From Nitrosopumilus sp. (GTDB lineage: Archaea > Thermoproteota > Nitrososphaeria > Nitrososphaerales > Nitrosopumilaceae), in contig OZ242041.1 in the NCBI GenBank assembly GCA_965205215.1, positions 352,001-416,000 on the forward strand: a stretch of 64,000 nt of DNA, read 5' to 3'. This document shows positions 29,841-38,920 of this stretch, in pieces (within the stretch, counting starts at the first letter, position 1; every line of letters begins with the position of its first letter). Position numbers and translations under genes: made by a program. The notes beneath the pieces are model-generated. The model searched no databases and was not told the origin of the DNA. It saw nothing but the letters and a program-made list of their open reading frames with translations.

Positions 29841-30220
29841 TCAATCTTGCAGGCAGTCGTTATCATCCAAGAAATCAAATGTCGCTTCAAACGGAACTCC
29901 CTGCGGTTTTAGCCACCTGTCAGTACTACAAATCACCGAATAATATGGATGTATGTCATCACCCTTGAGGATCATCAAACTCAACGTATTGTTATGGTTG
30001 TCTGATTGTTTTACTTCAAGGGCCGGGCTTTCATACAAGGCATAGGATTCGGTGGAATTAGGATACATTGACTTGAATTTCTTGTAGATTTCATGTTCTC
30101 GGAACTCGTCAATCATGCCATCCTGACTTCCTCGTCCGATGGCGCAAGATCCAGGTAAACATACCATGAGACGAGTACTACAGCAACAGCACCCATCCCC
30201 AACAGAATTATTTTATTCAT
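29841..30220 (-). pseudogene. split/frameshifted paralogue of 29189-29683
   Basis: TM ORF 30113-30220 (MNKIILLGMG...EEVRMA*) overlaps by ATGA with 29841-30116 (HEIY..YP..C..DFLDDNDCL). Confidence 0.6.
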
Positions 30221-30553
30221 GAGAAAAAACCTTGTTCGGCAGCGCGATCACTGCGATTGAGACAATACCGCCTCTGATTTATTCCATGCTTTGATCCTTG
30301 ACAACGCGATCAATCAACGCGCCAATGTAAGACAGGCTCCAAAGCCTGTGATAGTGTTTGTCATAGTTGACGTACTTCTCGGATCTGGTGTCGTTTTTCA
30401 TAATGCCCCACATCACATGAAACCGCACCGTCCGGCTTCTTCATGTCGCCGCGCAGCGTGGCGGTTCTGTGTGCGTTCAGGGTGATGTCTGCCGTGCTCT
30501 ACTGGGCGCCGGTACCGGACAACGGGGGGGCGGCAGCCTAGACTTATAGGATC

Positions 30554-31294
30554 ATGCCGGATAGTCCAACCATGAAGGGAAGCCTGACCGGGATAGGCGT
30601 CGGCCCCGGCGACGCGGACCTGCTGACCGTGAAGGCCGTGAAGGCCATAGAGGGCGCGGACGTCATAATGTGCCCCGCGTCTGCAGAGGACAGGCCCAGC
30701 ATAGCGCTGTCGGTGGTGTCCCACCTCGTGGACGAGCCAAGGCAGGAGATAACAAAGCTGATCTTTCCCATGACAAAGGACCGCGACGTGCTGGAGGAGA
30801 CTTGGAGGCGCAACGCCGACATCATGGCCCAAAAGGTCGCCACGGGCAAAAACATAGTATACCTGACGGTGGGCGACCCGTACCTTTACAGCACGTGGAT
30901 CTACATGCACAGGCACCTCAGCTCAGAGCACCCCGAGATGGAGATATCCGTTATACCGGGGATAGTGTCCATGTTCACGTTCGCCTCAAAGGTGGGCGTC
31001 AGCATAGCGGAGGGCGCAGAAAAGGTCGCCATAATACCCTCGTGCTACGACCTGGCCGGCGTCAGGGAGATCGCCAGGTACGCGGAGTCTATGATATTCC
31101 TCAAGGACGGCAGGTACTTTGACCAGGTCATAGACGTGCTGCGCGAGTCGGGGTTCGGCGACGATTCGCTCTTCGCGATAGGCCAGTCCCTGGGCACCGA
31201 TCAGGAGGTGATACAGAAGATGACGCTCGGCGAGGTCAGCGAGGAGAGCCTGGGCTCAAAATACTTTTCAATTCTGGTGGTAAAGCGTGCCTGA
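30554..31294 (+). CDS. cbiL: cobalt-precorrin-2 C20-methyltransferase CbiL
   Basis: GIGVGPGDADLLTVKA, LIFPMTKD, YLTVGDPYLYST, VIPGIVS. Confidence 0.93.
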   Translation: MPDSPTMKGSLTGIGVGPGDADLLTVKAVKAIEGADVIMCPASAEDRPSIALSVVSHLVDEPRQEITKLIFPMTKDRDVLEETWRRNADIMAQKVATGKNIVYLTVGDPYLYSTWIYMHRHLSSEHPEMEISVIPGIVSMFTFASKVGVSIAEGAEKVAIIPSCYDLAGVREIARYAESMIFLKDGRYFDQVIDVLRESGFGDDSLFAIGQSLGTDQEVIQKMTLGEVSEESLGSKYFSILVVKRA

Positions 31295-32081
31295 AAAAAC
31301 CGTATACTTTGTAGGGTGCGGCCCCGGCGACCCGGAGCTCGTCACCCTAAAGGCCAAGAGGCTCATACAAGACGCGGACGTCATCGTGTACTCGGGATCG
31401 CTCATCCCGGAGCCCATAATTGCAATGGCGGGCAAGAACGCGGAGCTGCACGACGCGTCGGGACTGGTCAGGGAGGAGATATCCGAGATCCTGTACAGGG
31501 GCGCCTCAGAAGACGGGAAAAAGACAGTGCTGCGCCTGCACGACGGCGACCCGGCCATATACGGCGCCATCAGGGAGCAGATCGACGAGCTTGCAAATAG
31601 GGGCATAAGGTCGGTGGTGGTGCCCGGCGTAACGTCGTTTCTGGCGTCGTCGGCCGCCCTGGGCACGCAGCTCACGCTGCCCGGAGTCACGCAGACCATC
31701 ATAATCACGAGGGCAGAGTCCCGCACAAAGGTGCCGGAGGCAGAGGGCATAGCGGAGCTGGCAAGGCACGGGGCCACCATGATATTCTACCTGAGCGTGC
31801 ACCTCATAAGGGAGATCGTCTCAGAGGCCAAGAAGGGCGGATACGGGGACGCCACGCCTGCGGCCGTCATATACAGGGCCAGCTGGGACGACGAGAGGGT
31901 GATCAAGGGCACCCTGGAGGACATCGAGCAGAAGGTCAGGGACGCGCGCATAACAAAGACGGCAATCATAATGATAGGGGACGTGCTGAACCCGGAGTCG
32001 TACGAATACTCGAGGCTGTACGACAAAGAGTTCAGCCACGGGTACAGGAAGGCAAGCGTTCCGGACAAGGGGGACGGCTAG
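31287..32081 (+). CDS. cbiF: cobalt-precorrin-4 C11-methyltransferase CbiF
   Basis: GCGPGDPELVTLK, RLHDGDPAIYGAIREQ, LTLPGVTQTIIITR, SRLYDKEFSHGYR. Confidence 0.95.
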   Translation: MPEKTVYFVGCGPGDPELVTLKAKRLIQDADVIVYSGSLIPEPIIAMAGKNAELHDASGLVREEISEILYRGASEDGKKTVLRLHDGDPAIYGAIREQIDELANRGIRSVVVPGVTSFLASSAALGTQLTLPGVTQTIIITRAESRTKVPEAEGIAELARHGATMIFYLSVHLIREIVSEAKKGGYGDATPAAVIYRASWDDERVIKGTLEDIEQKVRDARITKTAIIMIGDVLNPESYEYSRLYDKEFSHGYRKASVPDKGDG

Positions 32082-32162
32082 CCCGAGGGATACGGCGGCG
32101 CCAGGTCGGGTACGGCGGCGCCAGAACATCTTGCCACCGCGCGCACGCGCAGCCCCATCCGG

Positions 32163-32966
32163 TTACTGCAGCAGGAGCGGCCTGACCTTCCTGCGCACGC
32201 GCAGCCTCTGCAGGTTGTCCTGCAGCGCGGCGTAATCGCCTGACGCGTATATCCTCAGGGAGTTCTTGCCGCGCGTCCCGTCCGGACACGCGCCAAGCAC
32301 CTCCTTTGCCACGTTGTGCGCGGGGTTTACAAACTGCACGCCGGGATACTCCGACCCCAGAATACCGGCCAGAAACGGCAGGTGCGTGCTTGAGAGCGTG
32401 ACCACGTCGATGCCATATCCCGATATCGCGGGATCCAGTATGCGGCGCGCGGCCGCCCTGCACGCCGCGGCGTCCCTCAGGAACAGGCCGGTCTCCACCA
32501 TGCGGACAAGCTCCGAGCCATCGATCCGGAAGAACCTAGGGGCTCTGCGCGCGGCCACCCTGTATTCTCGTATCATCCGCGACAACCCCGCCCCTCGTAT
32601 TCCGGACGCCGTCCCGAGTATCCCTATCCTTCCCGTATCGGACAGCCGGGCGGCCTCGGCAAGCGGCGGCCTCACCCCGGCCACCAGCATGCCGTCATCG
32701 CGTCCGTCCCGTATGTCCAGCGCCAGACAGGGCGTGTTTGAGGCAATCACGACGGCATCGGGCGCAAACCGGCCGCGCAGGCCTGATATCGTCCTGCTTA
32801 CGATGCGCCCCAGCTCCGCCCTAGGCTTTGAGCCGTACGGAAAGCTGGCCGTGTCCGCATAGTATATGATCTCGGCCGTCCCGCCCCCGCTTCTGGCAGC
32901 CCTGCGGAGCTCCCTGACTATAGACAGTGAGCCCAGCCCCGAGTCGAACACCGCTATCCTAGGCAC
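32163..32966 (-). CDS. glutamate-racemase (MurI)-like protein with Ser at both catalytic positions
   Basis: FDSGLGSLSI, YYAD..FPYGSK, ASNTP, LSSTHLP. Confidence 0.85.
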   Translation of the reverse strand: MPRIAVFDSGLGSLSIVRELRRAARSGGGTAEIIYYADTASFPYGSKPRAELGRIVSRTISGLRGRFAPDAVVIASNTPCLALDIRDGRDDGMLVAGVRPPLAEAARLSDTGRIGILGTASGIRGAGLSRMIREYRVAARRAPRFFRIDGSELVRMVETGLFLRDAAACRAAARRILDPAISGYGIDVVTLSSTHLPFLAGILGSEYPGVQFVNPAHNVAKEVLGACPDGTRGKNSLRIYASGDYAALQDNLQRLRVRRKVRPLLLQ

Positions 32967-33070
32967 GAACAGGCGGGGGCGGCACTACCTAAGTTTGTTA
33001 GTAAAATTTGGCACTTTGGTTGACAAAAATATACACCGTCCATTAAGTGGGAAGCGCAGCATGGGACGGC

Positions 33071-33739
33071 ATGGCAAACAACTTCGAGAACAACTGGTCT
33101 AGACCAGAGACGCGAAGTGTAACCGAGAAGATTCGTGATGCTGCAAAGCCTCAGGGGGCCCTCAAGCCCCGGATCCAGGCCGCAGTCAACGGACTGCAGG
33201 TCCAGATCTCAAAGATGGATGGCATGCTGGGCAAGCTGCGCGAGAGGGACCAAAGGCTCTTTCAGCGCGTGGTGGCGGCCATGCAGCAGCACGACATCAA
33301 CACCAGCAAGGTACTCGGCAGCGAACTGGCCGAGATACGCAAGGTTACAAAGATGCTAAGCAACATGAGGATGGCGCTCGAGCAGAGTCAGCTCAGGCTG
33401 ACAACCGTCCACGACCTCGGTGACGCAATGATTGCGCTCCAGCCTGCCATGAACACCATGAAGGGACTAAAGTCGTCGCTTGGGAAGTTCATGCCGGAGG
33501 CAGACTCCGAGCTGAACGCCATGACGCAGACCCTCAATGGGCTCATGATGGACTCGCTTGCCGGCGACTCCTTTGGCATGGAATCCGACGTGTCCAGCGA
33601 AGAGACGGAGAGAATCCTGCAGGAGGCCTCGGCGGTTGCAGAGCAACAGATCGGGCAGCAGTTCCCGTCCGTACCGTCCTCGACGGGGCTCTCGTCCCAG
33701 ACGGCGGCTGCGACCAGCACCACAAACTATACCCCGTAG
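33071..33739 (+). CDS. CdvB/ESCRT-III (Snf7) paralogue
   Basis: Coiled coil, ELAEIRK, ALEQ..LRL.T..DLGD, MPEAD, EETERILQEA. Confidence 0.88.
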   Translation: MANNFENNWSRPETRSVTEKIRDAAKPQGALKPRIQAAVNGLQVQISKMDGMLGKLRERDQRLFQRVVAAMQQHDINTSKVLGSELAEIRKVTKMLSNMRMALEQSQLRLTTVHDLGDAMIALQPAMNTMKGLKSSLGKFMPEADSELNAMTQTLNGLMMDSLAGDSFGMESDVSSEETERILQEASAVAEQQIGQQFPSVPSSTGLSSQTAAATSTTNYTP

Positions 33740-33751
33740 GAACGGGACCAA

Positions 33752-33785
33752 CCCCTTCCTTTTTCTTTATTCTCTTCTTCATTTG
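33752..33785 (+). terminator. pyrimidine-rich archaeal terminator
   Basis: CCCCTTCCTTTTTCTTTATTCTCTTCTTC directly after the cdvB-like stop. Confidence 0.6.
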
Positions 33786-34168
33786 CCCGCTCACTCATTC
33801 GCTCGTTCGCCCGCTCGCTAGTTCATCTGTTCCCGAGGTTCCCCTGCTCGTGGCCAGTCTCAAAGGGAAGCCTTCCCATCCCGGCGGATTGGCCAATGAC
33901 GCGTGCAGCAAAAATCCCAAGATCTGGGAATCGAACGACTCCAGCAGTTGCTGATTAGCCAAAATAAGGTCAAACCTCCCAGATCACCGGGCTTGTCGTG
34001 CAGCCGCAGGTCGCCGTCGGCCACATATGGCGCCCACGGGGCGTGACATGGAGCGAATCCGGCTGGTAACCCCACCTGATACGACTATCATAAGGAACTT
34101 GGCAGCTGCTCGTGCTCCGCGAGCCTGTCGGGTCGCGCCGATGGCGGCCGGCCAGCGGCTCCGCGCGG

Positions 34169-35350
34169 TCAGTCCCACAGGCCCTCTCGAAACGTGAGCT
34201 TTTTGTTGAGCACAAAGTTGCTAAAGGCGGCTGCCGCGATGGCCGCAAGCAGGGCAAGCGGGTACGACACACTGTGCGTGTCCACCAGCCAGTACACGGC
34301 CCCGAGCTGCACCGCGGCGCCAAGCGAGCTGAACGCTGCAAACCTGCCGTATTGCGACAGCGTCCGCTTCAATCCAAAGTCGCGGTCCTCAAACGTCCAC
34401 ACCTTGTTGAGCACAAAGTTGGTCGAGAGGGACGCAATGATCCCAAAGGCGTTTGCCTGCACGTACCAAAAGTCGGCCAGTCCGGATGCAAACAGCATGG
34501 AGACAAGATAGTTGACACCGAATCCGGACGCGCCTACCGTAAAGAACCTGGCGGCTTTTGAGAGAAACCTGACCGACCTGCGCTCCTTGGGGGCGGCCTC
34601 CTTGAGTTTCTTGCTCCTGTACAGCCTCCATACCGCGCGCAAATACTCGGTCACCGTCTGGTACAGGGAGGTGTCAAGCTTGCTTGTGCCCAGCCTGCGG
34701 TTCTCAAACGTGTACGGTATCTCGCGCACCGCTATGTTGTTGTTTGCCTTTACCAGCATCTCCAGCAGGAACTTGTAGCCCAGCGCGTCGAACGAAAGCC
34801 CGTTTATGATGTTCCGCTTGAACGCAAAGAACCCCGACATCGGATCCTTGATCTTTACGCGCAGCCCCAGCTTTGCAATTATGGCCGCGCCCTTGCTTAT
34901 CATCCTGCGCTTCAGCGTCCAGTTTCTGGTGCCGCCGCCCCGCACGTACCGCGATGCCACCACCAGGTCGCACTGGTACTGCCTGAGCGCCTCAAGCATC
35001 CTCGGTATGACCTGCGGCGGGTGTGAAAAGTCCGAGTCCATCACCACGATGGTCTCGGCCTTGGCGCTCTGGATCCCCCTCAGTATGGCAGACGCAAGCC
35101 CGCCCTGCCTTGCCTTGCGGTGTATCACGCTTACGGTATCCTCTGCAAGCCGCCTCAGCCCCTCCACATAGTCGTCGACCAAGCGGCCCGTGCCGTCCGG
35201 CGAGTCGTCGTCGACCACGATGGTCTCGGCCCACACGCCCTTGGGGATGTTCTCGCGTATTGACTTTAGGACTGATATGATGTTCTGCGACTCGTTGTAC
35301 GTGGGGATGATGATCGATACCTGCGGGCTGCTTGCAGGGCGTGTCGCCAT
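34169..35350 (-). CDS. polyprenol-phosphate mannosyltransferase (GT2, Dpm1-like) fused to GtrA domain
   Basis: IIIPTYNE, VDDDSPDGT, MDSDFSHPP, DPMSGFFA; C-terminal GtrA (NFVLNKVWTF). Confidence 0.9.
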   Translation of the reverse strand: MATRPASSPQVSIIIPTYNESQNIISVLKSIRENIPKGVWAETIVVDDDSPDGTGRLVDDYVEGLRRLAEDTVSVIHRKARQGGLASAILRGIQSAKAETIVVMDSDFSHPPQVIPRMLEALRQYQCDLVVASRYVRGGGTRNWTLKRRMISKGAAIIAKLGLRVKIKDPMSGFFAFKRNIINGLSFDALGYKFLLEMLVKANNNIAVREIPYTFENRRLGTSKLDTSLYQTVTEYLRAVWRLYRSKKLKEAAPKERRSVRFLSKAARFFTVGASGFGVNYLVSMLFASGLADFWYVQANAFGIIASLSTNFVLNKVWTFEDRDFGLKRTLSQYGRFAAFSSLGAAVQLGAVYWLVDTHSVSYPLALLAAIAAAAFSNFVLNKKLTFREGLWD

Positions 35351-35417
35351 TATACGCCCTTTGAAATGTGTGAATATAAGGGTAGTAATGCGGCGGCGGG
35401 GGCGTCCCGATCGCACG

Positions 35418-36188
35418 TCACGCGCTCTTGCGGCGGCGGGATCGGCTGTGAACCGGCTGTGAACCGGCTGCCGCAGGGGCCCGTCCCCCAGATCTGCGGC
35501 GTCCCGCAGGCTTGGCGGGCGGCGGATCCGCGGCATGCACGTTATTCCTGTAAAAGAGGCACTCTGCGCGTATCTGGCACACCCCGCACATGGGCGAGAC
35601 CGGCTTGCAGATGTTCTGCCCGTACATCACAAACGTGTCGTTTATGCGCAGCCAGTGCCTCCTCGGAACCAGCTTCATCAGGGCCTGCTCCGTCTCCTCC
35701 GGGGTCTTCGTCTCCACGAGCCCCAGCCGGTTTGATATGCGGTGCACGTGTATGTCGACCGGTATCGCGGGCTTTTCAAACGCGTACACCAAAACGCAGT
35801 TGGCAGTCTTGCGCCCCACGCCGGGCATCCCGACCAGCTTGTCGATGTCCTCCGGCACGACGCCGCCGTACTCGGAATCCACTATCTTTGCGACCTCTAT
35901 TATCCTCCTGGCCTTGACGCGGTAAAAGCCGATGGGCCTGATTATGCGCTCCACGTCCCTGATTTTGGCGCCCGCAAGCTCCCGGGCGTCGCGGTATCTG
36001 GCAAAGAGGGCCCTGACCACCTTTGCGGTGTTCTCGTCCTTGGTCCTTGCAGACAGTATGGTGCCGATCAGTATGCTGAACGGCCCGCCCGTCTCGGCCT
36101 CGTGCAGCTCCCTGAGCGCGGTCATGCGGGGCGGCTTGACCGCGTTCATCGTGTTCATCATCCCGTCAAGAATCTTCTTCACGCGCAC
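35418..36188 (-). CDS. nth: endonuclease III
   Basis: ILSARTKD, HhH PGVGRKTAN, VDIHVHRISNRLG, C-x6-C-x2-C-x5-C Fe-S motif. Confidence 0.95.
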   Translation of the reverse strand: MRVKKILDGMMNTMNAVKPPRMTALRELHEAETGGPFSILIGTILSARTKDENTAKVVRALFARYRDARELAGAKIRDVERIIRPIGFYRVKARRIIEVAKIVDSEYGGVVPEDIDKLVGMPGVGRKTANCVLVYAFEKPAIPVDIHVHRISNRLGLVETKTPEETEQALMKLVPRRHWLRINDTFVMYGQNICKPVSPMCGVCQIRAECLFYRNNVHAADPPPAKPAGRRRSGGRAPAAAGSQPVHSRSRRRKSA

Positions 36189-36233
36189 GGTGCGCTTATA
36201 GTATTATTATACCTGTCAGCGGCACATACGGCA

Positions 36234-37451
36234 ATGCACCTTGAAGAGTCCGAGGAGGCCGCGCTTGCGGGGGAGCGCGGCGAGATCATGCAGATGGCCT
36301 ACCGCATACTGGTCGCAACCGGGGAGGCCTCTGACGCCGAGCGCCTCATACCGATAAGGTGGGCGCACCTGTCAGGCGTGAACTACAACACGATAGGGGG
36401 CGCCGGCGAGGAGTTCCTCAGGAGCATAAGCTCGCGGGGCGCCAAGGTAAGGGTAAGAACCACGCTGAACCCCATGGGATTTGACGCGGACAGCGTGGAG
36501 AGGTACGGCCTCGGCGACGAGTTCGTCTCGGGGCAGGCCTCCATAGCTGACTCGTACGAGGCCATGGGGGTGACGCAGTCGTTCTCATGCATACCGTACG
36601 AGATATTCGAGATGCCCAGGGGCGAACAGATCGCGTTCGCGGAGAGCAACGCGGCGATATACGCAAACTCGTTTGCGGGAGCAAGGACGAACAAGGAGAG
36701 CGCCTTTAGCGCACTTGCGAGCGCCATTACGGGAAAGAGCCCCTACTCGGACCTGCGCAGGGAGGAGGAAGAAAAGGGAGCGGCGTCCAACGTGACCGTC
36801 CGGATGAGCGCCAAGGAGCCTGATGAGCTCACGTACGGAATGCTGGGCTACTTTGCGGGGAGGGAGGCGGGCGGCGCGTCCTCAGTCGACATATCCGGCG
36901 TGTCCGCGTCTGCAATGGACAGGAGACAGTGCAAGGCGATGTGCGGCGGGATGGGGACGTCTGGCACCTGCGCCAAGTTCCGGTTCGTAGAGGAGGGGAG
37001 TGACGGGGATACCCGCGGCGGCGGTAGTGGCGGTGACAGGCCGGAAACCGTAGAGTTTGATGATGATGCGGCGCGGAAGGTCCGCGACGAGCTTGACACG
37101 GCCGAGAACGGGGACGTCATAGCGCTCGGCAGCCCCCAGCTGGGCCTGTGGGAGATGTCCGACCTGCTGGAGCGGCTGCGGGGCCGCTCGTTCAAGAAGA
37201 GGTGCATGGTGTTCTGCCCCAGGGCGGTAAAGGAGCAGGCCCAGAAGCTGGACTACGTACGGGGCCTTGAGCGCGCCGGGTGCGAGATCCTGGCCGACTG
37301 CTGCACGTGCCTCTCGCCGCTGCTCGGCTCGGACAAGGTTGACGCCGTAACCACCAACAGCATAAAGGGCGCGTTTTACATGAACAACGCAAGCGGCGTC
37401 GGCGTGGACCTGAAGCCGCTCGCCAAGATACTGGAGGACGAGACGGAGTGA
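36234..37451 (+). CDS. aconitase X catalytic subunit (putative phosphomevalonate dehydratase large subunit)
   Basis: TTLNP, SCIPY, AESNAAIYANS..GARTN, GSPQ, DCCTC, TNSIK. Confidence 0.88.
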   Translation: MHLEESEEAALAGERGEIMQMAYRILVATGEASDAERLIPIRWAHLSGVNYNTIGGAGEEFLRSISSRGAKVRVRTTLNPMGFDADSVERYGLGDEFVSGQASIADSYEAMGVTQSFSCIPYEIFEMPRGEQIAFAESNAAIYANSFAGARTNKESAFSALASAITGKSPYSDLRREEEEKGAASNVTVRMSAKEPDELTYGMLGYFAGREAGGASSVDISGVSASAMDRRQCKAMCGGMGTSGTCAKFRFVEEGSDGDTRGGGSGGDRPETVEFDDDAARKVRDELDTAENGDVIALGSPQLGLWEMSDLLERLRGRSFKKRCMVFCPRAVKEQAQKLDYVRGLERAGCEILADCCTCLSPLLGSDKVDAVTTNSIKGAFYMNNASGVGVDLKPLAKILEDETE

Positions 37452-37810
37452 AGGTGTTGGTGGAGGGCAGGGCCCAAGGCACGGTGCTAAAGTCTGAGAT
37501 GCCGATCAACTTTCTCGGGGCGGTGGACAAAAAGAGCGGCGTGATAACCGACCGCAACCACGATCTGTACGGGAAGAGCGTCAAGGGCGCGATACTGGTC
37601 TTCCCGTCCGGGGCGGGAAGCAGCGTCGGGGCATATACGATATACGCGCTAAAGTCGGGCGGGGCCGCGCCGGCAGGCATGATATGCAGGGAGGCCGACC
37701 TGACGGTCGCCACCGGGTGCGCCGTAGCAGGCATCCCGCTCCACATCCTAGATCCGGACAAGTTTGCGTCCATCAAGACAGGCCAGCAACTCCTGCTTGG
37801 CGCAGACTGA
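37448..37810 (+). CDS. aconitase X swivelling-domain small subunit
   Basis: INFLGAVDKKSG, FPSGAGSSVGAY, GCAVAGIP; coupled to the large subunit. Confidence 0.88.
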   Translation: MKVLVEGRAQGTVLKSEMPINFLGAVDKKSGVITDRNHDLYGKSVKGAILVFPSGAGSSVGAYTIYALKSGGAAPAGMICREADLTVATGCAVAGIPLHILDPDKFASIKTGQQLLLGAD

Positions 37811-38101
37811 GGCCGTCGCGGATCGCGAGACGCAGGGGAGGGGGCATCACGGCGCCAAGGAATCTTGGAGGCGACATGCGCAGGGGGTTCAAGATAAGGC
37901 ACCACATGACAAACGCCCAAAGGATAACACGCAGGCTCCCGGTCACGGGGGCCGGTACGTAATTTCCAAAACGGGCACTCATACGACAACCCCATCCATG
38001 TCCGGCGCGACATCGGACAAGTTGGCGAATTGGGCGCCGATCATCGGGGTTGCGGCGTGCGGTTGCGGCGTGACCTAGTGGCCGTTGCCGCACCACCGCC
38101 G

Positions 38102-38827
38102 TCACCGCCTCTTTGTCAGGTACAGCGCGCCCACAATAATGCCTATACCGGCCGCCACGTAGAACGGAAAGAGCGCAAAGGCGTTCTGCGACGGGTCGCC
38201 TGACAGGAACTCCACGAGCAGGTCGCCGGAGACGGTGGCAGGCGGGTCGGTCGACCCCTCCATGCCGTGCACGGAGTACGAGTCCGGCGCGAACAGCCCG
38301 ATGTCGAGGTTGGAGACCACGATCCGGGCGCCGTTGTTGACGGTCATCCCCGCCCTCTCGGTATATGATACTATGACCTTTGCCTGCGGGTACCATCCCC
38401 GCTCGCCGTCCCTGTGCACCACCACGTAGCCCTCCTTGGGGGTCTGGACTGCCACCCAGAACCTGTTGTCCGGGTTCGCCCCCATCCCGACCTCTACAAA
38501 CTCGTCCCTCGACTCCTGGTCGTACAGCCTGAGCACGGCGCTGCCCCCGGGGTGCGCGTACACCAGATCGTTGTCTATCGTGGCCTGCCAGCTTACGATG
38601 TGGGGCTGCTCCAGCATTACGATCGGCGCGTCCCGCAGCACGCGGTTGAACTCTGGCGAGTCGACCGTAACGGTTTCGATTACCAGCGACGGGTTCTTTA
38701 TGTCGTGTTGTTGCTGTTGCTGCTGCTGCGCATCCTGGTCCTGGGCCCACGCGTCCGCGCCATATAGGATCATCGCGGCCGCCACAACGGCCAAAAGCAC
38801 CGACGATGCAACGCCTGCCGCCCGCAT
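38102..38827 (-). CDS. exported protein with C-terminal membrane anchor, hypothetical
   Basis: Signal peptide (AWA), poly-Q, C-terminal TM + KRR. Confidence 0.8.
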   Translation of the reverse strand: MRAAGVASSVLLAVVAAAMILYGADAWAQDQDAQQQQQQQHDIKNPSLVIETVTVDSPEFNRVLRDAPIVMLEQPHIVSWQATIDNDLVYAHPGGSAVLRLYDQESRDEFVEVGMGANPDNRFWVAVQTPKEGYVVVHRDGERGWYPQAKVIVSYTERAGMTVNNGARIVVSNLDIGLFAPDSYSVHGMEGSTDPPATVSGDLLVEFLSGDPSQNAFALFPFYVAAGIGIIVGALYLTKRR

Positions 38828-38920
38828 GTCACGTGCCGGCCTCCATCCCGAATAAATGAGCCGAGTCTGTCATGGTTGCCGCCGTTGTTGCCGCGTCAGC
38901 CTGCAAGGTACGCGCAAAAG

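Noticed and set aside
32090-32124. Direct repeat TACGGCGGCGCCAG x2
   Set aside because: Only two copies with a ~6-nt gap; a local duplication, not a CRISPR or iteron array.
35443-35470. Tandem CGGCTGTGAAC repeat at the nth 3' end
   Set aside because: Short slippage duplication in a disordered tail.
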